Below, in pieces: positions 27,001-40,845 of a stretch of DNA of 64,000 nt. A program made the translations under genes and the position numbers. The notes below the pieces were generated by a model, which made no database searches, was not told the origin of the DNA, and worked only from the letters and a program-made list of their open reading frames with translations. The stretch covers positions 8,744,001-8,808,000 of the forward strand of contig CM075997.1 of NCBI GenBank assembly GCA_038087875.1, read 5' to 3'. The number at the start of each line of letters is the position of its first letter. Within the stretch, counting starts at the first letter, position 1. The stretch comes from Malacoraja senta (lineage: Eukaryota).

Positions 27001-28083
27001 ACCTCCTCCCTTCACCCCCCACTCTGTTCCTTGCCAGTCCCCTCCCCCCACGCTTTCAGTCCATCTCCGCACAACCTCCCCCCATGCAATTTTAGTGGGT
27101 CTCCCACAGAGCATCTATTCTTGCCTATTAGATTCCCATTGTGATGAAGAACACGCAGGCATGAAAAGTGGAAAAAATATTTATTAAAGTTTAAATTGTG
27201 AATAACTTAAAATATAAGAACAATTTAAATGTTAAAGATGAGAATTATTATGTTTTTTCTTGTTGTGTCTCTTGTTGTGTTCTGCTGCCTGCTGCCTCTT
27301 GATGGCTATTTGCTGTTGATAATAAAAGAGACAAATTTAATATAGAGAGATTGAGCGGTCAAATTGTAACAAAGAAAATCTGAGAATTTATCTCAGAAGT
27401 CATCATTCAACGAAGCACGCTTTTATTGACAACATTCTTGGTCGAAGTTCCATCCTTCAGGAAAACTGATATTTCCCTTCATCTTTCCTCGGCAGAGCCA
27501 CATATAGTTTTCCATGCTGAAATACCGGTTTGGCGAGGTAGATCAACACCTTCTGCATTGTTTGCCTTTGTGCTTTATGGATCATCATAGCAAAACTTGA
27601 TTGAATGGGGAATTGGGTCCGCTGAAGCGGAATGAGTTCACCTTCTGTTAAATTGAGTGCTATCCTAGGAATGAGAACAATGTCATCTTTGAAGGCTTCC
27701 ATGTGGATTCTTGTAACGATCAGATTATTGTGTAGCTCCTCCACAATCATCCTCGTTCCATTGCATAGCTTTGGCGGTTCCAAGTTTCTCATTAATATTG
27801 GAGATCATTTTTTCAACTCCAATTTGTGTGGTGGTAATCCAGAGAGCTCGAGTGAATCGAGGAGTTCTGTTGGGAAGAGAGTATCATGAGTTCCGTCAGC
27901 GACAGCATTGAAAGAAAAGTACTCCTTAACAATTCCAGGGAAGCGTCTGATGCATGTAGAATCGATCCTTCTCGTGGTATCGTTGTGCGGAACCAAGATA
28001 CAATTGTTGGAGAATAATTCTGCAGGATTGTCAAATGAGGGATAGATTAAATCAATACAATCCTCCAGTGTTTCTGCTGATAG

Positions 28084-29225
28084 TGAAAAAGTTCACTTAG
28101 AAAGATAGACAATGTACACATTCTTAAGACCATACAAAGCTTTAATTTAACGTCTGACGGGTGTGGACCTAGAGACCCAGAGGCAACAGTTTCACGTCTG
28201 AATCTCCAGCAGCACACACACAGAAATACCAGAAAATGCGAGTTTATATACGTACATACATAAAACCAATTGCATGATGTAGATAGGGTGGTAAAGAAAG
28301 CTTTTGGTGTGCTGGCCTTTATAAATCAGAGCATTGAATATAGAAGTTCGGATGTAATGTTAAAGTTGTACAAGGCATTGGTGAGGCCAATTCTGGAGTA
28401 TGGAGTACAATTTTGGTCGCCTAATTATAGGAAGGATGTCAACAAAATAGAGAGAGTACAGAGGAGATTTACTAGAATGTTGCCTGGTTTTCAGCAACTA
28501 AGTTACAGAGAAAGGTTGAACAAGTTAGGTCTTTATTCTTTGGAGCGCAGAAGGTTAAGAGGGGACTTGATAGAGGTCTTTAAAATGCTGAGCGGGTTAG
28601 ACAGAGTTGACGTGGATAAGCTTTTCCCATTGAGAATAGGGAAGATTCAAACAAGGGGAAATGACTTGAGAATTAAGGGACAGAAGTTTAGGGGTAACAT
28701 TAGGGGGAACTTCTTTACTCAGGGAGTGGTAACTGTGTGGAATGAGCTTCCAGTGGAAGTGGTGGAGGCAGGTTCGATGTTATCCTTTAAAAATAGATTG
28801 GATGGGTATATAGATGGGAAAGGAATGGAGGGTTATGGTCTGAGTGCAGGTAGATGGGACTAGCGGAAAAAAAATAAAACAAATAAAAGTGTTCGGCACG
28901 GACTTGTGGGGCCGAGATGGCCTGTTTCTGTGCTGTAATGGGTATATGGTTATATGATGTAATGTACAAAAACCATCATCCACCTCCAAATATGGAGTTG
29001 TTTTTCACTCTTTGCCCAAAGCTAGTCACCCCAATGGCATCCTCTGGGCCCCTTCTTATCTGATTAACCTCTTCAACTTACCTAAAAAAACTTGCAAGAG
29101 AGCTGTGAACTTTTTAACTTAAAAGAAAAAAACCCTGCCATGATAGGAGTTGTCCAATCCCATCATGCATTACAATTGGCCTTTTACAACAGGAAAGCTT
29201 AAATATGACAACAATCAATTAATAA
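28084..29225 (-). repeat. ERV-A 3' LTR (interrupted by a CR1)
   Basis: Direct repeat of 47782-48217 with several indels. Confidence 0.9.
28282..28953 (+). mobile_element. CR1 LINE 3' fragment inserted in the ERV-A LTR
   Basis: ORF ending GYGLSAGRWD; tatatggt tail; 8-bp TSD ATGATGTA at 28274-28281 and 28954-28961; absent from the other LTR. Confidence 0.93.
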
Positions 29226-29268
29226 CTAACTCTTTCATTCTTTCCTTTTGATCAGAAACTGATAACAA

Positions 29269-30350
29269 TTATAGTCCTTGGTTGGTACATAATAGAGGCT
29301 TCAAACATTTCAGTACATAGATTAATATGATAATCAGCAGTACAATAGATCCATAATGAATTACCATTTCCCATATTCCTCCAAACATACTGAATGGCCA
29401 CCATTCTACACCTTTATTAAAGTTATGCTTTTCCTCCCCTACCTCTGTAATCTTCTTAATTTCTGCAGTAATATGTGCTGCTAAATCTGTAATGTTAGAA
29501 GATTCATCAGGGATGTAAGTGCAGCATTCACACCCTATAATAGCACAAGTACCCCCTATTATCCTATAGGGATATACGACAAAGTGCACCCATTTCAGCC
29601 ATAATGGATGAAAGGGCCTTTTACTTGTACGTACAGATGTCCACCATTTAATTAAACAATTTCTCCAATCTAGGGGACATATTAATCAATTCCCGTGATA
29701 GACAGGCTGTCCCATTCAATGGGAAAGTAATCATCCAGAATTGCTCTGACTCTGATATACTTCATTTAGCCCTCATCAGGAATATACAATTCAGTTAGAT
29801 GTTACACAGTTCTCACGTGAGGGACAACAAAGGCCAAATAACAACATCCCCTTCAGTTGTAGGTTGACCTAATCAACCTTTCCCAGTTCTTCTCATCCCC
29901 AGGTACATTACAGGTAACCATGGATATGCCCAGAATCCACATACAAAATACGTCCCATTTATTGGACTCAGCGGCCATTAGCACTAACCTTGGTGCAGGT
30001 GCTGTTCCCCAAGTATACACCGCTGCTTCTTCTGTCACAATAACAGGTAGTATTAACTGGGCTCTGGGGCAATTCACTAATTTAAGCCATGGTATTTCCC
30101 AAACCCTGGTCTCATTTACCTTCCATCCTGTCTTAAAAGAGGCCACATGCCATTCTTTAAATATGGGTTCTTGACTTTGCCATTCTGAAGGCACCCATTC
30201 ATTATTATGGGATGTGCGTACACAACCAGCATACATTTATTATTACGAAGGGCAAATTCAAAAGTCATAAACAAAACCAGATTATTTCCCCATGTCCAGT
30301 CCATATGGGCCAACCCCAGAATATAAAAGAGGGTCAATAGCCCCATTGTC
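29269..30350 (-). pseudogene. env: ERV-A env remnant
   Basis: Signal-like MGLLTLFYILGLA; GGTCAIIGCECCTYIPD (CX6CC-type region); hydrophobic TM anchor YGSIVLLIIILIYVL; frameshifted. Confidence 0.8.
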
Positions 30351-30847
30351 CTTTCTTGGTTCTCCGAACTGTTTGAAGTCAAACAGTTCTGTTCAACACA
30401 GTTTCAATTCCTTCCGTCCCAATGCATTAACAGTATGTAGTCTGACAGTATGAACTCGTCCCTATGTTCAACTGGTAGTGGTCTCTGCGCTTCTCGTACC
30501 TTAGAATGCAGACCTGGCAAGGCATGGGTTAATTGCTGTATATAATAATTAGTTCATCACTGAGGGCCTGTAGGTGAAACTTCCACACTTGAGTCGCATC
30601 ACCAGTGGGTACGTAGCCTGTGGTCACCCTCAATTCATAGCATCCTTCCCACAGCTCGCAGTCACCCAGCCCTGCGTCACCTGCAAATCTGCCAATGCTA
30701 CCATCACCATCACATTGCATTACATCGGCATACTCGGTTTCTCGCAGATCTGATGGCTATCAATGTCCCAAGATAGGCGAACAATAGCGACATGTCCATC
30801 GCAATCTATCCTAGAAAGGGATTTCTTAAAAGAAATAAGTTAACGTT

Positions 30848-31110
30848 TTATCTTTTAGGCACCATACTGACAATCTTACAGTGGTGAAAGTGAACCCACG
30901 CATGTCTCCCCTCCACCTTTTCTGCGGTAGGGGTTGTTAGAAGGACCTGGTAATGCCTTTCCCACCGAATGTCCAGTCTCTTCCTCATCCAATTCCTGAT
31001 TATTACACAAGTACCAGGTTCAATTTTAGAAATACTATTGTACATCCTTCAATGCCTTGGTTAACGATAAAATATAATTAGTCATTTCCATTGTCATGTG
31101 ATGAAAGTGA
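30848..31110 (-). pseudogene. pol: ERV-A integrase C-terminal remnant
   Basis: IEPGTCVIIRNW...RWERHYQVLLTTPTAEKVEGRHAWVHFHHCK is a degenerate GPY/F-type IN C-terminus. Confidence 0.75.
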
Positions 31111-31784
31111 ACAGCCTTCGGAGTATTCTGGTTCCATGTTGCCCTCAGTGGATGGTCATATAAAATCTCTGCTGAATTCCTTTTATTGTCATTCAAACAA
31201 TTCAAACAAACAAAAGTTTGAACAATTTTCGTTCCCTGCAGTCATAACAGCAAAAACAAAACACACAGTTCCACACAACATCCAGCACAGTGAATCTCCA
31301 AACAACTCCTTACTGTGATGGAAGGCAAAAGTCCTATCTCTCTCTCTGTTCTTATCTGTTTCACTGGAGAAAGCCTGTCCCAAGAGAAATACAAGCAACA
31401 TGATCTTGTGAAGTATCTCAGCAAGCAATTATAGTAGATAATATTTTCTGTATTAAATGTATCTTATATAATCTGTATTTAAAAGTAGTTTAAGAAGTGT
31501 GGCCGTTCTCAGGTTACAGGCCATGAGTAATATAGTGTGTAGATGGAAAATAAGAAATTTGTGGATTAGATCGTTGAGAAGGGGGCGAGATCCAAGGAGA
31601 AACGAGCGGATTAGATCGTTGAGAAGGGGACGAGGTTTGCGTCGAAATTAGTGGATGAGACCGTTGAGAAAGAGGGGCGGGGTCCACGTGTGTATGAAAG
31701 TATAAAAAAGTATAAAAACAGGATAAGAACAGAAGTAAGGATTAAGACTGGATTGAGTGATAAAGTCTGGGGATTTTTTTTTAC

Positions 31785-33812
31785 GATGAGTAAGGTAACT
31801 GCAATCGAATATTTAAGTAAAAGTTCCCTGTATCTAAAGAGGACATTATAAAACATTCTGACAAATGGGGAACAAGAACGGAGAAACTAGTGACGAAATG
31901 GCCCAAGGAAGGTACTTTCGATATAAATTTGTGTGATGAGATGGAAACATTAATCAAGAATTATATGTCTGAAGATAAATCAGAAAAACGGAAACAGAAG
32001 AGAGAAAAGGAGTTAGAGGTGGTTAAGCTGTTCAGAGTAGAAGGAAAAAGGTTGAGGAAAGAATACCAGGAGGTAAAGAAGACAAAGGAAGAAGGTGAGA
32101 AAGCAGAATGGCAGAATGAGAGTCAGAAAAACCCGGTTAGAAAGTCGACTTTATATCCAAGCTTAAGAGACCATGAGTCTCCCCCTCCCTACCTGGACCC
32201 GAACGGTGTCAAACAGTGTCCCATGGTAAGGGGAACAGTAGAATTAGAAGGAGAACTTACAAATTGGGATGATGAGAAGGAAATAAGAGAATATAAGTAC
32301 AGAAGGGCAGGAAGAGAAAGGGGAAGGATGGAGGAAGAACTGAGGGATTTAGAAGAAGATTGCGGAGCCTGAGGAATGAGAGGGATTTTCAGGTATCCCC
32401 TTGTGAAGAAAGGGGGAACAAAGAAAGAAGCCGACAGGATTGGAGAGTGATAGATGAAGGGCAACCGAGAAGAAGGCATGGCAAGGAGGAGGGAGCAGAT
32501 GCAGGCAGTGACAGAAGAGGTAAAAAGGGAAAAAGGGAGGAGATCGGGGAAGACATAAGAAGAGGAGCGAGAAAATCTGAAAGGCAAGAGTTTGAGCTTA
32601 GAATGAGAAAGGAAACACTGCAAAGAGAATTGGAGTGGCAAGAGATAGATATAGAAGAAGAAGAAGGACAGAAGGGAAAAATAATGCAATTGCTTATAAA
32701 AAGAGCAGGACAGACACAGTATATTCCTTGGGGGACCCAGGACCTGGAAGGGCTAAAAAAATAGTCTGCCCTATATTTATGAGGGGGCAGCAAAATGGAT
32801 TAGGGCGTTTGAGGAGGAGAATGCAGGACGCTTAGTGGCTATGGGAGATTTGAAGGCACTGTTAGTGAAAGTAATAGGAACCACTAATCTGACAGAACCT
32901 TTGAAGATGGCTGGTATAAAAAATGCGGTGGATAACGCAATGATCAATGGCACGCCGTTTGACATAGTCAGGCAGAGGGTATGGCAGGCCCTCAGAGACT
33001 GTTTCCCACTCAAAGTGGACCCCAAGGCACTAAGGGGAGATCCACTGGGGGAGACAGAGAATCCAGCAGCCTATCTGGAAAACCAACTGAAAAAGTGGAG
33101 ACTTGAAACTGAACAGGACATAGAAGGCAACCAGTTAATAAACACTATGTTCCGAACCGCTGTGGTGGATGCCATGCCTCTTCAAGTCAAGTCTAGACTG
33201 GAGGAGGTGGTGGGATTGTCATCTATGTCACACCCTCAGTTTAGAGATCATCTGGTTTACGCGGTTGAAAGGTATCGCAAAGAAAGGAAAACTCTTGCAA
33301 ACCAGCAGGAAGAGGTGCAGAGAAAAGTGATGCAAATGCAACTTGAAGAGCTAAAAAAAAAAGAGCGTGAAAAAGGAAAGAAAATGTTGTCAGTAACAAC
33401 AGACTGGGCTGAAAAGACGGAAAAAAGTGATGCACCGACACACAGTGATGACTATGAAAGAGCTAAGCAGAGTCCAGAGAATCCCATGCCAATAATAAAC
33501 TTCTTTGGAGGAGCGTTCCCTCAAATGCCCTATCAGGAGCAAAATAGATCTGAATATAAGCCCAGACAGGACTGGGGTCCCCAAGGGAGGGAGGGATCTC
33601 AAGGAGGAGGTCGAGGAAGGCTAGGGAGGAGACAGGCAATGGAAAAGGTGTGCTGGGGATGTGATCAGGTAGGGCACCTGAGGTATAACTGCCCACACCG
33701 TCCGTGGCCCAGCCCACATAATCAGAGACCAGGGGAAAGTGAACAATACTTTAACCCAGGCTCAGCCCTGACAGGTCCTGCAGGACCTGTGAACCCCTAT
33801 GTTAGATACTAG
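31785..33812 (+). pseudogene. gag: ERV-B gag (frameshifted)
   Basis: KWPKEGTF matrix-like motif, PPPY late domain, capsid-like region, CWGCDQVGHLRYNC zinc knuckle; ends TAG-GGG. Confidence 0.85.
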
Positions 33813-36800
33813 GGGTGCCCAGAGAACCCAGATGGGAAGGGACAATATCCAATGATAACACGGAAGGCAGAAGAAGAACCTGTGATTTAGGTAATTTTGG
33901 GGGGACGATTGATACCCATGATGATAGATACAGGAGCCACATATACTTGTGTGCAACCGCAGTATGCCTCCCACCTTCCCATGTCAGGAAAATTTGTTAA
34001 AACTGTAGGGTTCTCGGGAAAAACACAGTTAACACGGTTTACGGCCCCTGTAAGTTTAGAAATGAGCAATAAGGAAATAGTATTGCCGATATTGGTGTCT
34101 AAAGGGACCCCTATTAATTTGTTGGGTAGAGATGCTATGTTGAAATTGGAGTTAAAGTTGGAATGCACTAGAAATGGTTTGAGTGTGGATAGGACAAGTG
34201 TTCAGATGATAATGCAGGAAGTTAGAAAAGTAATTGTCTTTTGGATAGGAAATATAGAAGATCAAATTTGGGAAACATGGGAGAAATGGAAGAAGGGCGT
34301 ACTGGCCATACTGCCCAAAGCTAGCCAGCCCAAATCTGAGTTACACTGTACAGTGATTTTTGACGAAGCGCACGGTGCAGAAAATAGGGGAATCTGGTGT
34401 GTAGGGGCATGCAGCCAGCACCACATCAAAGCGGAAGCAATAATAATTGGAAAACAAGGAGCAGCCTTGCAGATTAAGTGGAACGTGTTTTTGGAAAAGT
34501 GGTATAGGGTGCCAGGAGCTGCACCCCATGTGACCTTGCTTGTAATAGAAGGACATCAGTCCAGAGACATGGGGCCTCTGGTAAAACAGGCAAGTAGTAT
34601 TTCAAGGTGGGAAAAAATTACAGCACAGGTATTAAGATCAGAAAACAATGAGTACATTAAAATAGTGGTGAAAATAGACATGATGGGAACATTGAAAGAG
34701 GTTGAAATTACCCCCCAGCAACAATCTCCCTTGATGGAAACAAAAGAAGATCAGACAAGGGAGGAAGGGTTGGATAGGTTACCTCCCGCTCTATGGTCAC
34801 AACACGATACAGATGTTGGAAAGGTAAAGTCTGCTAGTGCGGTGGAAATAAGATTGAAACAGGGAGCGATTCCGCCCAGGAAGACCACAATACCCCCTGA
34901 AGATAGAGGCGGAGGAAGGTATAGCACCAACAATACAGGGTTTGCTGGAAGTGGGAGTCCTTATAAAAACAAATAGTCCTTGCAATACCCCGTTGTTACC
35001 GGTCTTGAAAGCAGACAAAACTAAGTGGAGATTAGTGCATGACATGCGAGCTGTAAACGAAGTGGTGAGGGATTGGCCAGCAGTAGTCCCAAATCCACAC
35101 ATACTGTTGACTAATATTCCAACAGAGGCAGCTTATTTTTCAGTAGTAGATCTTTGTTCGGCGTTTTTTAGTATACCATTAGCAAAGCAATGTCAGTATT
35201 TGTTTGCATTTACGTATCGAGGTACTAAGTACACCTATACTAGGATGCCGCAGGGATTTAAACACTCACCCCATGTTTTCAATCAGATATTAAAAGCAGA
35301 TTTGGAAGGCATACCCCTAGAAAGCACGTTACTACAATATGTGGACGATTTGTTGGTTTGTTCAATAAGTGAGGAACAGTGTGAGCGTGATACTTTAAGT
35401 CTCTTGGAAAGGCTGGCATACGGAGGTCACAAAGTATCCAGGAAGAAGTTGCAGTTTTGTAAACAGCAAGTAGAATATTTAGGACGTGTAATATCCAAAG
35501 GGGTAAAAGCTATAGCACCGGATCAAATTGAGGCAATAAGTAGAGCTCCCAAACCTCTGACAGTAGGACAGATGATGACATTTTTAGGGATGGCAGGATA
35601 TAGTTCAGATTGGATTGGAGAGTATGCTGAAATTGTGACACCGTTAAGGAAAATACTGAAGGAAGCAGGACATACAAGTCTGAAGAATGTCTTACAATGG
35701 AATGTTGAGGCGGAAACAGCTTTTAACACTATTAAGCAGGAGTTACAGTCAGCCCCAGCCTTAGCCCTGCCAAACTATGAAAAGGTTCTTTATCTGTATA
35801 TTTCTAACAGGCAGGAGGGCTACACCGCAGCAGTGCTGACACAGGAAACCGGCATAGGTAAAGCTAAGCAGCCTGTAGCTTATTACAGTACAAAACTAGA
35901 TGAGGTAGCGCAGGGATACCCGCCCTGCTATCAGGGATTAGCCGCATTGTACTATGCAAATGAAAAGGCATCATCGGTGACTATGGGTTATCCTGTGATC
36001 ATATATACTCACCATAAAGTAGCAGAACTGCTGGAGAAGGGTAGATTTGTGTTGACACCAGCTAGGATAACAGCGTTCCAGATGTTGTTGACGTTCCCAG
36101 ATATTACGATACAAAGATGTACCTCAAGTGATGTGGCTGATTATGTTCCGCTTGAGCATGAGGGAGAACCCCATGATTGTGTAGGAAAAACAATGGTATT
36201 TTCTAAGTTGAGAGCAGATATACAGTCAGAGCCATTGAGAAATGAGGACAAAAAGGTTTTGTTTGTATATGGTTCTTGTTACAGGGATCATAATGGCAAT
36301 CATGCAGGGTTTGCAGTGGTGCAACAGGACCAGTTAGAATTTAAAGTAATTAAATTGGAAGCTTGCACGCAACCTTGTTCAGCTCAACTGGCAGAAATTA
36401 AGGCTTTAATAGCAGCATGTGAAATGATGGAAGGTGAGAAAGTTGATATTTATACAGACTCAGCATATGCACACGGGGTCTGTCACTTGTTTGGGGGCAG
36501 TATGGAAACAGAGAGGATTTAAAAAGAGCAACGGAGATACCATACAACATTGTCAACAAATTATGGACCTGATAACAGCAATAATGAAGCCAAAAGCACT
36601 AGCTGTCATTAAATGCCAGGCTCATAAGAAAGGGGACGATATGGTCATAAAGGGAAATCACGCTGCAGACGAAGCTGCTAGGTTAGCATCTGGATGCCAA
36701 TCAGCTGTTGTTGCACCTCGGGTAAGTTTGGGTCTGGACCCCACAGAGGGGGTGTTGCATTGCTTGTCAAGGAAGATATTACAGCAGTGCTTTGGCAGGA

Positions 36801-39800
36801 TAGATTAGAGGGCTCGTCTAGGGAGGCTATTTGGGTGGAACTGAGAAATGGGAAAGGTGTAGCAACACTTATAGGGGTGTATTATAGACCGCCAAATGGG
36901 GAGCGAGAATTGGAAGAGCAAATATGTAAGGAGATAGCAGATATTAGTAGTAAGCACAAGGTAGTGATTGTGGGAGATTTCAATTTTCCAAACATAGACT
37001 GGGAAACACATTCTGTAAAAGGGCTGGATGGTTTGGAGTTTGTAAAATGTGTGCAAGATAGTTTTTTGCAGCAATACATAGAGGTACCTACTAGAGAAGG
37101 GGCAGTGCTAGACCTCCTGTTAGGAAATGAGACAGGGCAGGTGGCAGAGGTATGCGTCGGGGAGCACTTCAGGTCCAGTGATCACAATACCATTAGTTTC
37201 AATATAATTATGGTGAGGGTCAGAACTGGACCTAGGGTTGAGATTTTTGTTTGGAGAAAGGCTAACTTTGAGGAGATGCGAAAGGATTTAAAAGGAGTGA
37301 ATTGGGACATGTTGTTTTATGGGAAGGATGTAGAAGAAAAATGGAGGACATTTAAGGGTGACATTTTAAGAGTACAGAATCTTTATGTCCCTGTTCGGTT
37401 GAAAGGAAATAGTAAAAAATGGAAAGAGCCATGGTTTTCAAGGGAAATTGGACACTTGGTTCGGAAAAAGAGAGAGATCTACAATAATTATAGGCAGCAT
37501 GGAGTAAATGAGGTGCTTGAGGAGTATAAAGAATGTAAAATGAATATTAAGAAAGAAATTAGAAAAGCTAAAAGAAGATATGAGGTTGCTTTGGCAAGTA
37601 AGGTGAAAGTAAATTCAAAGGGTTTCTACAGCTATATTAATAGCAAAAGGATAACAAGGAATAACATTGGTCCGTTAGAGAGTCAGAGTGGACAGCTATC
37701 TGCAGAGCCAAAAGAGATGGGGGAGATATTGAACAATTTCTTTTCTTCGGTATTCACGAAGGAGAAGGATATGGAATTATGTGAGGTAAGGGAAACAAGC
37801 AGAGTAGCAATGGAAACTGTGAGATTCAAAGAAGAGGAGGTGCGGACACTTTTGAAAAATATGAAAACGGATAAGTCTCCAGGTCCTGACAGGATATTCC
37901 CTAGGACATTAAGGAAAGTTAGTGTAGAAATAGCAGGGGCTATGACAGAAATATTTCAAATGTCATTAGAAACGGGAATAGTGCCGGAGGATTGCCGTAC
38001 TGCGCATGTTGTTCCGTTGTTTAAAAAGGGTTCGAAGAGTAAACCTAGCAATTATAGACCTGTTAGTTTGACATCAGTGGTGGGCAAATTAATGGAAAGG
38101 ATACTTAAAGATAATATATATAAGCATCTGGATAAGCAGGGTCTGATTAGGAACAGTCAACATGGATTTGTGCCTGGAAGGTCATGCTTGACTAATCTTC
38201 TTGAATTTTTCGAAGAGGTTACTAGGGAAATTGATGAGGGTAAAGCAGTGGATGTTGTCTATATGGACTTCAGTAAGGCCTTTGACAAGGTTCCTCATGG
38301 AAGGTTGGTTAAGAAGATTCAATTGTTGGGTATTAATGGTGGAGTAGCAAGATGGATTCAACAGTGGCTGAATGGGAGATGCCAGAGAGAAATGGTGGAT
38401 GGCTGTTTGTCAGGTTGGAGGCCGGTGACTAGTGGCATGCCTCAAGGGTCTGTGTTGGGTCCACTGTTGTTTGTCATGTACATCAATGATCTGGATGATA
38501 GTGTGGAAAATTGGATTAGTAAGTATGCAGATGATACTAAGATAGGTGGTGTTGTGGATAATGAAGTAGATTTTCAAAGTCTACAGAGAGATTTAGGACA
38601 TTTGGAAGAGTGGGCTGAAAGATGGCAGATGGAGTTTAATGCTGACAAATGTGAGGTGCTACATCTCGGCAGGACAAATCAAAATAGGACGTACACGGTA
38701 AATGGTAGCGAATTGAGGAATGCAGTTGAACAGAGGGATCTAGGAATAACTGTGCATAGTTCCCTGAAGGTGGAATCTCATGTAGATAGGGTGGTAAAGA
38801 AAGCTTTTGGTGTGCTGGCCTTTATAAATCAGAGCATTGAATATAGAAGTTGGGATGTAATGTTAAAATTGTACAAGGCATTGGTGAGGCCAATTCTGGA
38901 GTATGGAGTACAATTTTGGTCGCCTAATTATAGGAAGGATGTCAACAAAATAGAGAGAGTACAGAGGAGATTTACTAGAATGTTGCCTGGGTTTCAGCAA
39001 CTAAGTTACAGAGAAAGGTTGAACAATTTAGGTCTTTATTCTTTGGAGCGCAGAAGGTTAAGAGGGGACTTGATAGAGGTCTTTAAAATTATGAGCGGGT
39101 TAGACAGAGTGGACGTGGATCAGCTTTTCCCATTGAGAGTAGGGAAGATTCAAACAAGGGGACATGACTTGAGAATTAAGGGACAGAAGTTTAGGGGGAA
39201 CATTAGGGGGAACTTCTTTACTCAGAGAGTGGTAGCTGTGTGGAATGAGCTTCCAGTGGAAGTGGTGGAGGCAGGTTCGATGTTATCCGTTAAAAATAGA
39301 TTGGATGGGTATATGGACGGGAAAGGAATGGAGGGTTATGGTCTGAGTGCAGGTAGATGGGACTAGGGGGAAGTATTTATTTTTAATTAAAAAATTTTTT
39401 TAAAGAAATGTTCGGCACGGACTTGAAGGGCCGAGATGGCCTGTTTCCATGCTGTTATGGTTATATGGTTATATGGTTATAATTGAAATGCAAGGTAAGG
39501 TAACTTTAGCAGAGCAAACTATGTGGCGACAAAGAGGAGCTAAGCAGAACACGGAGGGTTTGTGGACTACTGAAGAAGGATTGTTAGTAGCCCCTACACC
39601 ATTGTTGACCATGCTTATTTCAGAAGCGCATGGGGTACACCATTGCGCACGGGGGGGGGGGGGGGTTGTAAGAAAGGTTAAAAAGGATGGGTTTTGGTCA
39701 CCTTACTTGAAGGCGTCGGTGGACCACGTTTTGTCACAGTGTGAGGTATGTGCACAAAACAATGTCCGGAAGGGAATAACAACGCCTACAGGTCACATTC

Positions 39801-40845
39801 CTGTGCCCGAAAGTCCATTTAGGCACTTGGTGATCGATTATGTGGATATGATAAAGAAGGTAAGAGGAAAAAGGTATATGCCAGTAGTGATTGATAGATT
39901 TAGCAGGTGGGTGGAGGCAGTACCGTCCAAAGATTTAGGGGCAGGTACTGTTGTAAAGTTTCTGACGAATGAAGTAATCCCAAGGTTTGGTATACCTACC
40001 GAAATCAGCTCCGACAACGGATCGGCTTTCATTCAGAAAGTAGTCAAACTGGTGCTACAAGCCCTTAGAGTAAAGCAAAGATTTGGGTGTGTATATCATC
40101 CGCAGTCACAGGGCATGGTGGAAAGAATAAATGGAACATTGAAGGCTAAGATAAATAAGATTTGTGTAACTACAAAGTTGAATTGGATCGATGCCCTGCC
40201 ATTGGCACTGATGAGTTGTCGCATGCAAACTAACCGATAACCCATCTAACACCACATGAGATGCTCACTGGCCGGCCCATGCCGGCGCCGCAATGGAGAG
40301 GTCCCTATCAGGGACCAAGCTTGGAACAGTTAGAAGTAGAACTTAAACAGTATATGCAACAGTTAACTATGATACACAAGTCTATTTATGCTCAGGAAAA
40401 GCAAAAGGTGTTGGAGGTGAACCAGGAAGACGGACCCGTTAAACTCGGAGACAAAGTGTACGTATGAGCTTTCCGAAGGAAGTGGAATGAGCCAAGACGA
40501 GAGGGACCATTTACAGTAATTAGGGTCTCACCCACGGCTGTTCAAGTAGAAGGTCGATCTACATGGTACCATCTCAATCATTGCACAAGGGCTGTCCCAC
40601 AGGTACGACTTGATAATACCCTTGAGGTGAGTGAACAGGAGGACAAAGAAGTGGGGGAAGAACAAAGCTTTAACCAAATAGTAAGTGAGATTTTTGGAGA
40701 GACTAGTGACTCTGAGGCTGCTGTAGATGAGGTTATGCACAATGGTCCTTCTGATAATGTGGACAGGGTTGGGCTGGGGGATGCACATACTGCCCCTCTC
40801 CACGCAGACTTGGAGACCATCAATATGGCCGATGTGGCCTGGTGA
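33813..40845 (+). pseudogene. pol: ERV-B pro-pol (protease, 2H phosphoesterase, RT, RNase H, integrase), disrupted and split by a CR1
   Basis: IDTGA; LHCT...PHVT; MPQGF, QYVDD; YTDSAY; HGVHH..C..C zinc-binding region; ID..SDNG..ER catalytic motifs; several frameshifts and stops. Confidence 0.92.
36746..39480 (+). mobile_element. Young CR1 LINE with an uninterrupted, 5'-truncated ORF2 (partial APE + RT), inserted in ERV-B pol
   Basis: The 890-aa ORF 36694-39366 has GGVALL, GVYYRPP, GDFN, LDL, SDH, KSPGPD and YADD; atatggtt tail. No clear TSD. Confidence 0.95.

Noticed and set aside
27457..28080. Host PIF1 helicase gene
   Set aside because: Intronless, disrupted and bounded by a Helitron hairpin-CTAG end; it is a Helitron helicase remnant.
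36694..39366. 890-aa ORF as a retroviral accessory gene or ERV-LINE fusion protein
   Set aside because: It is a 5'-truncated CR1 ORF2 with its own tail interrupting pol. The upstream codons are out-of-frame ERV sequence.
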